From: a virus | Lineage: Duplodnaviria; Caudoviricetes | Reading direction: 5' to 3' (one strand) | Virus record (IMG/VR): IMGVR_UViG_3300034006_000006 | Location: 1-36,727 of that record | Length of the DNA stretch: 36,727 bases | Shown here: positions 36,501-36,727 of the stretch, piece by piece | Layout of the letters: each line of letters begins with the position of its first letter | Position numbering within the stretch: position 1 is the first letter of the stretch | Made by a program: the position numbers and the translations under genes | The notes under the pieces: generated by a model | Seen by the model: the letters and a program-made list of their open reading frames with translations, nothing else | Told to the model about the DNA's origin: nothing | Database searches by the model: none

Positions 36501-36662
36501 TCTTGTGGAGTTTAATTTGTTGAGATTTTTAAGAAGGGATTGAGCCGCTTTGTCGGCTGCACGCAGATGCTTTGTGATGGCTGCGAGACGTTTTTCAGGC
36601 TGTCCCTTGAGTAGGAACTCCAGAATTAACTTATGCGTCTCTGAACCAGCTCTTTTTGCCAT
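33546..36662 (-). CDS. tail tape measure protein (resident copy, 1038 aa)
   Basis: Helical, Ala/Arg-rich, hydrophobic segments, C-terminal ARGG…VGERGIELYTP; coupled to the gpU-like gene. Confidence 0.87.
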   Translation of the reverse strand: MAKRAGSETHKLILEFLLKGQPEKRLAAITKHLRAADKAAQSLLKNLNKLNSTRVTPPGASPSTSRAARDSARAAREEARAAREAQRIREQTARQAAAQQSVRDVAARRLARVRNQESRRAANDFLRSQRAERDREEQTRRTPGRASRFLDRAGRAGDAYMSGRMVASTWRDRIDSLEKYTDAAFSVIRAQQKLYTLRLSPEDTTAGLRAVADTVRQVRGTRIDELTEDLVGLKSVFGDMRQATAMLPTAGKMRFTFQTLFEADPEQLEADILKTMKALEQMGAIRQLPGGGVDTKRFEAYLDAITRIKAYTGGRIGGEEMFQFVGRGGVSAMGVSPEGLMHMASMMEAMGGSAVGTRLMSAFQSFVAFRQGAGGARAADALQRLGLLPSNDVLRTKGLAEFSREGRIKKLSPGALPIADLLGENPIKFADALAKAIKEKGQNVLGRPVDMTNAGDVGRVLSQITGNRGTADLLAKMILLRQNISKDVEQMQRSEGLEQMYQRADQSPMGKYQKFQAALFNFQAEQGVKLLEVVTKLVDKGSALMAVFEQHPTLAKWGFYLLIGGKALTGILETSYHLGGLAGMFSGWGRGAKAAAEGMTAAERSAIGVNGVMGKLNALPKTMQFTLLIASVGYTLYELKEFVDAYREYHKIYKDLMSSNAKDADRFLRLKQKYAEAGMPMPSQFITSEAASAVSKIDIEGSLAGSMRGGLSEFLMNALNIPRGEDLLTQITQGYLGAQPILYPLRMAGILPDYHPFYGADDANKVSLIRQRAPILGADAGVMAEFIRQTRARQDVQPEGKQYLENLVKQAFPQKYGEATNLLAEQSQKASEALNQNTESALKLAPALGNGATAAQSFADRMNAIDLTPPAWTIPNVSSIVGGATHPTTGPGKARGGHVLKGISYPVGERGIELYTPFADGFITPNNELKKYLVMTRALDADGRSNQIPVLSARSADGVSSRESLYVNASTPSSKSIGPITFAPHISLQITGSNHSPAQLQALAQAAAERALASSKDDFFEELETRLYYREERDDERS

Positions 36663-36727
36663 CGCTATCTTGCATCTGGATCATTAAATGAAAGAGAAGA
36701 AGTAGAAGAAGCCCTGAAGCAATCCTA

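Noticed and set aside
17745-36662. Firm classification as prophage versus tailocin/eCIS/T6SS
   Set aside because: Sheath, tube, capsid and terminase genes would lie beyond the right edge, and no T6SS membrane complex is seen; cannot be decided from this window
36718-36727. Last 10 nt (AGCAATCCTA) match the minus strand at 28884-28893
   Set aside because: The match does not extend inward and cannot be followed past the window end; compatible with chance

Overview
This window looks like part of a large mobile element (plasmid, phage-plasmid or integrated element). It has no housekeeping, rRNA, tRNA or CRISPR features that I can support. It has four parts. (1) 0.06-9.8 kb, + strand: a PRTRC-type prokaryotic ubiquitin operon with a large ParB-domain fusion, a ubiquitin-like protein C carrying an unusual C-terminal extension, E2, JAB and ThiF/E1. 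(2) 9.8-16.3 kb: a plasmid-like backbone with an RHH protein, a MOBV relaxase with a recognisable RSA/oriT, a tyrosine recombinase, and a phage O-like initiator with internal iteron-like repeats coupled to an ExeA-like AAA ATPase. (3) 16.5-17.6 kb: small membrane and lipoprotein genes. (4) 17.7-36.7 kb, - strand: a contractile tail/baseplate operon (tape measure, gpU-like, LysM/gpX, hub, gpV spike, gp25, J, I, fibre). The standout feature is a compositionally foreign ~8.8 kb cassette (about 23.9-32.7 kb, no GATC found on manual reading). It truncates the resident hub gene after 21 codons and supplies its own hub, a second full-length paralogous tape measure and a tail chaperone. It also carries a Com-like zinc finger with a candidate promoter/Com-box/terminator leader, a leaderless HTH gene at a divergent switch, and HNH and LAGLIDADG endonucleases. 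All product calls come from motif recognition by eye; no searches were run.
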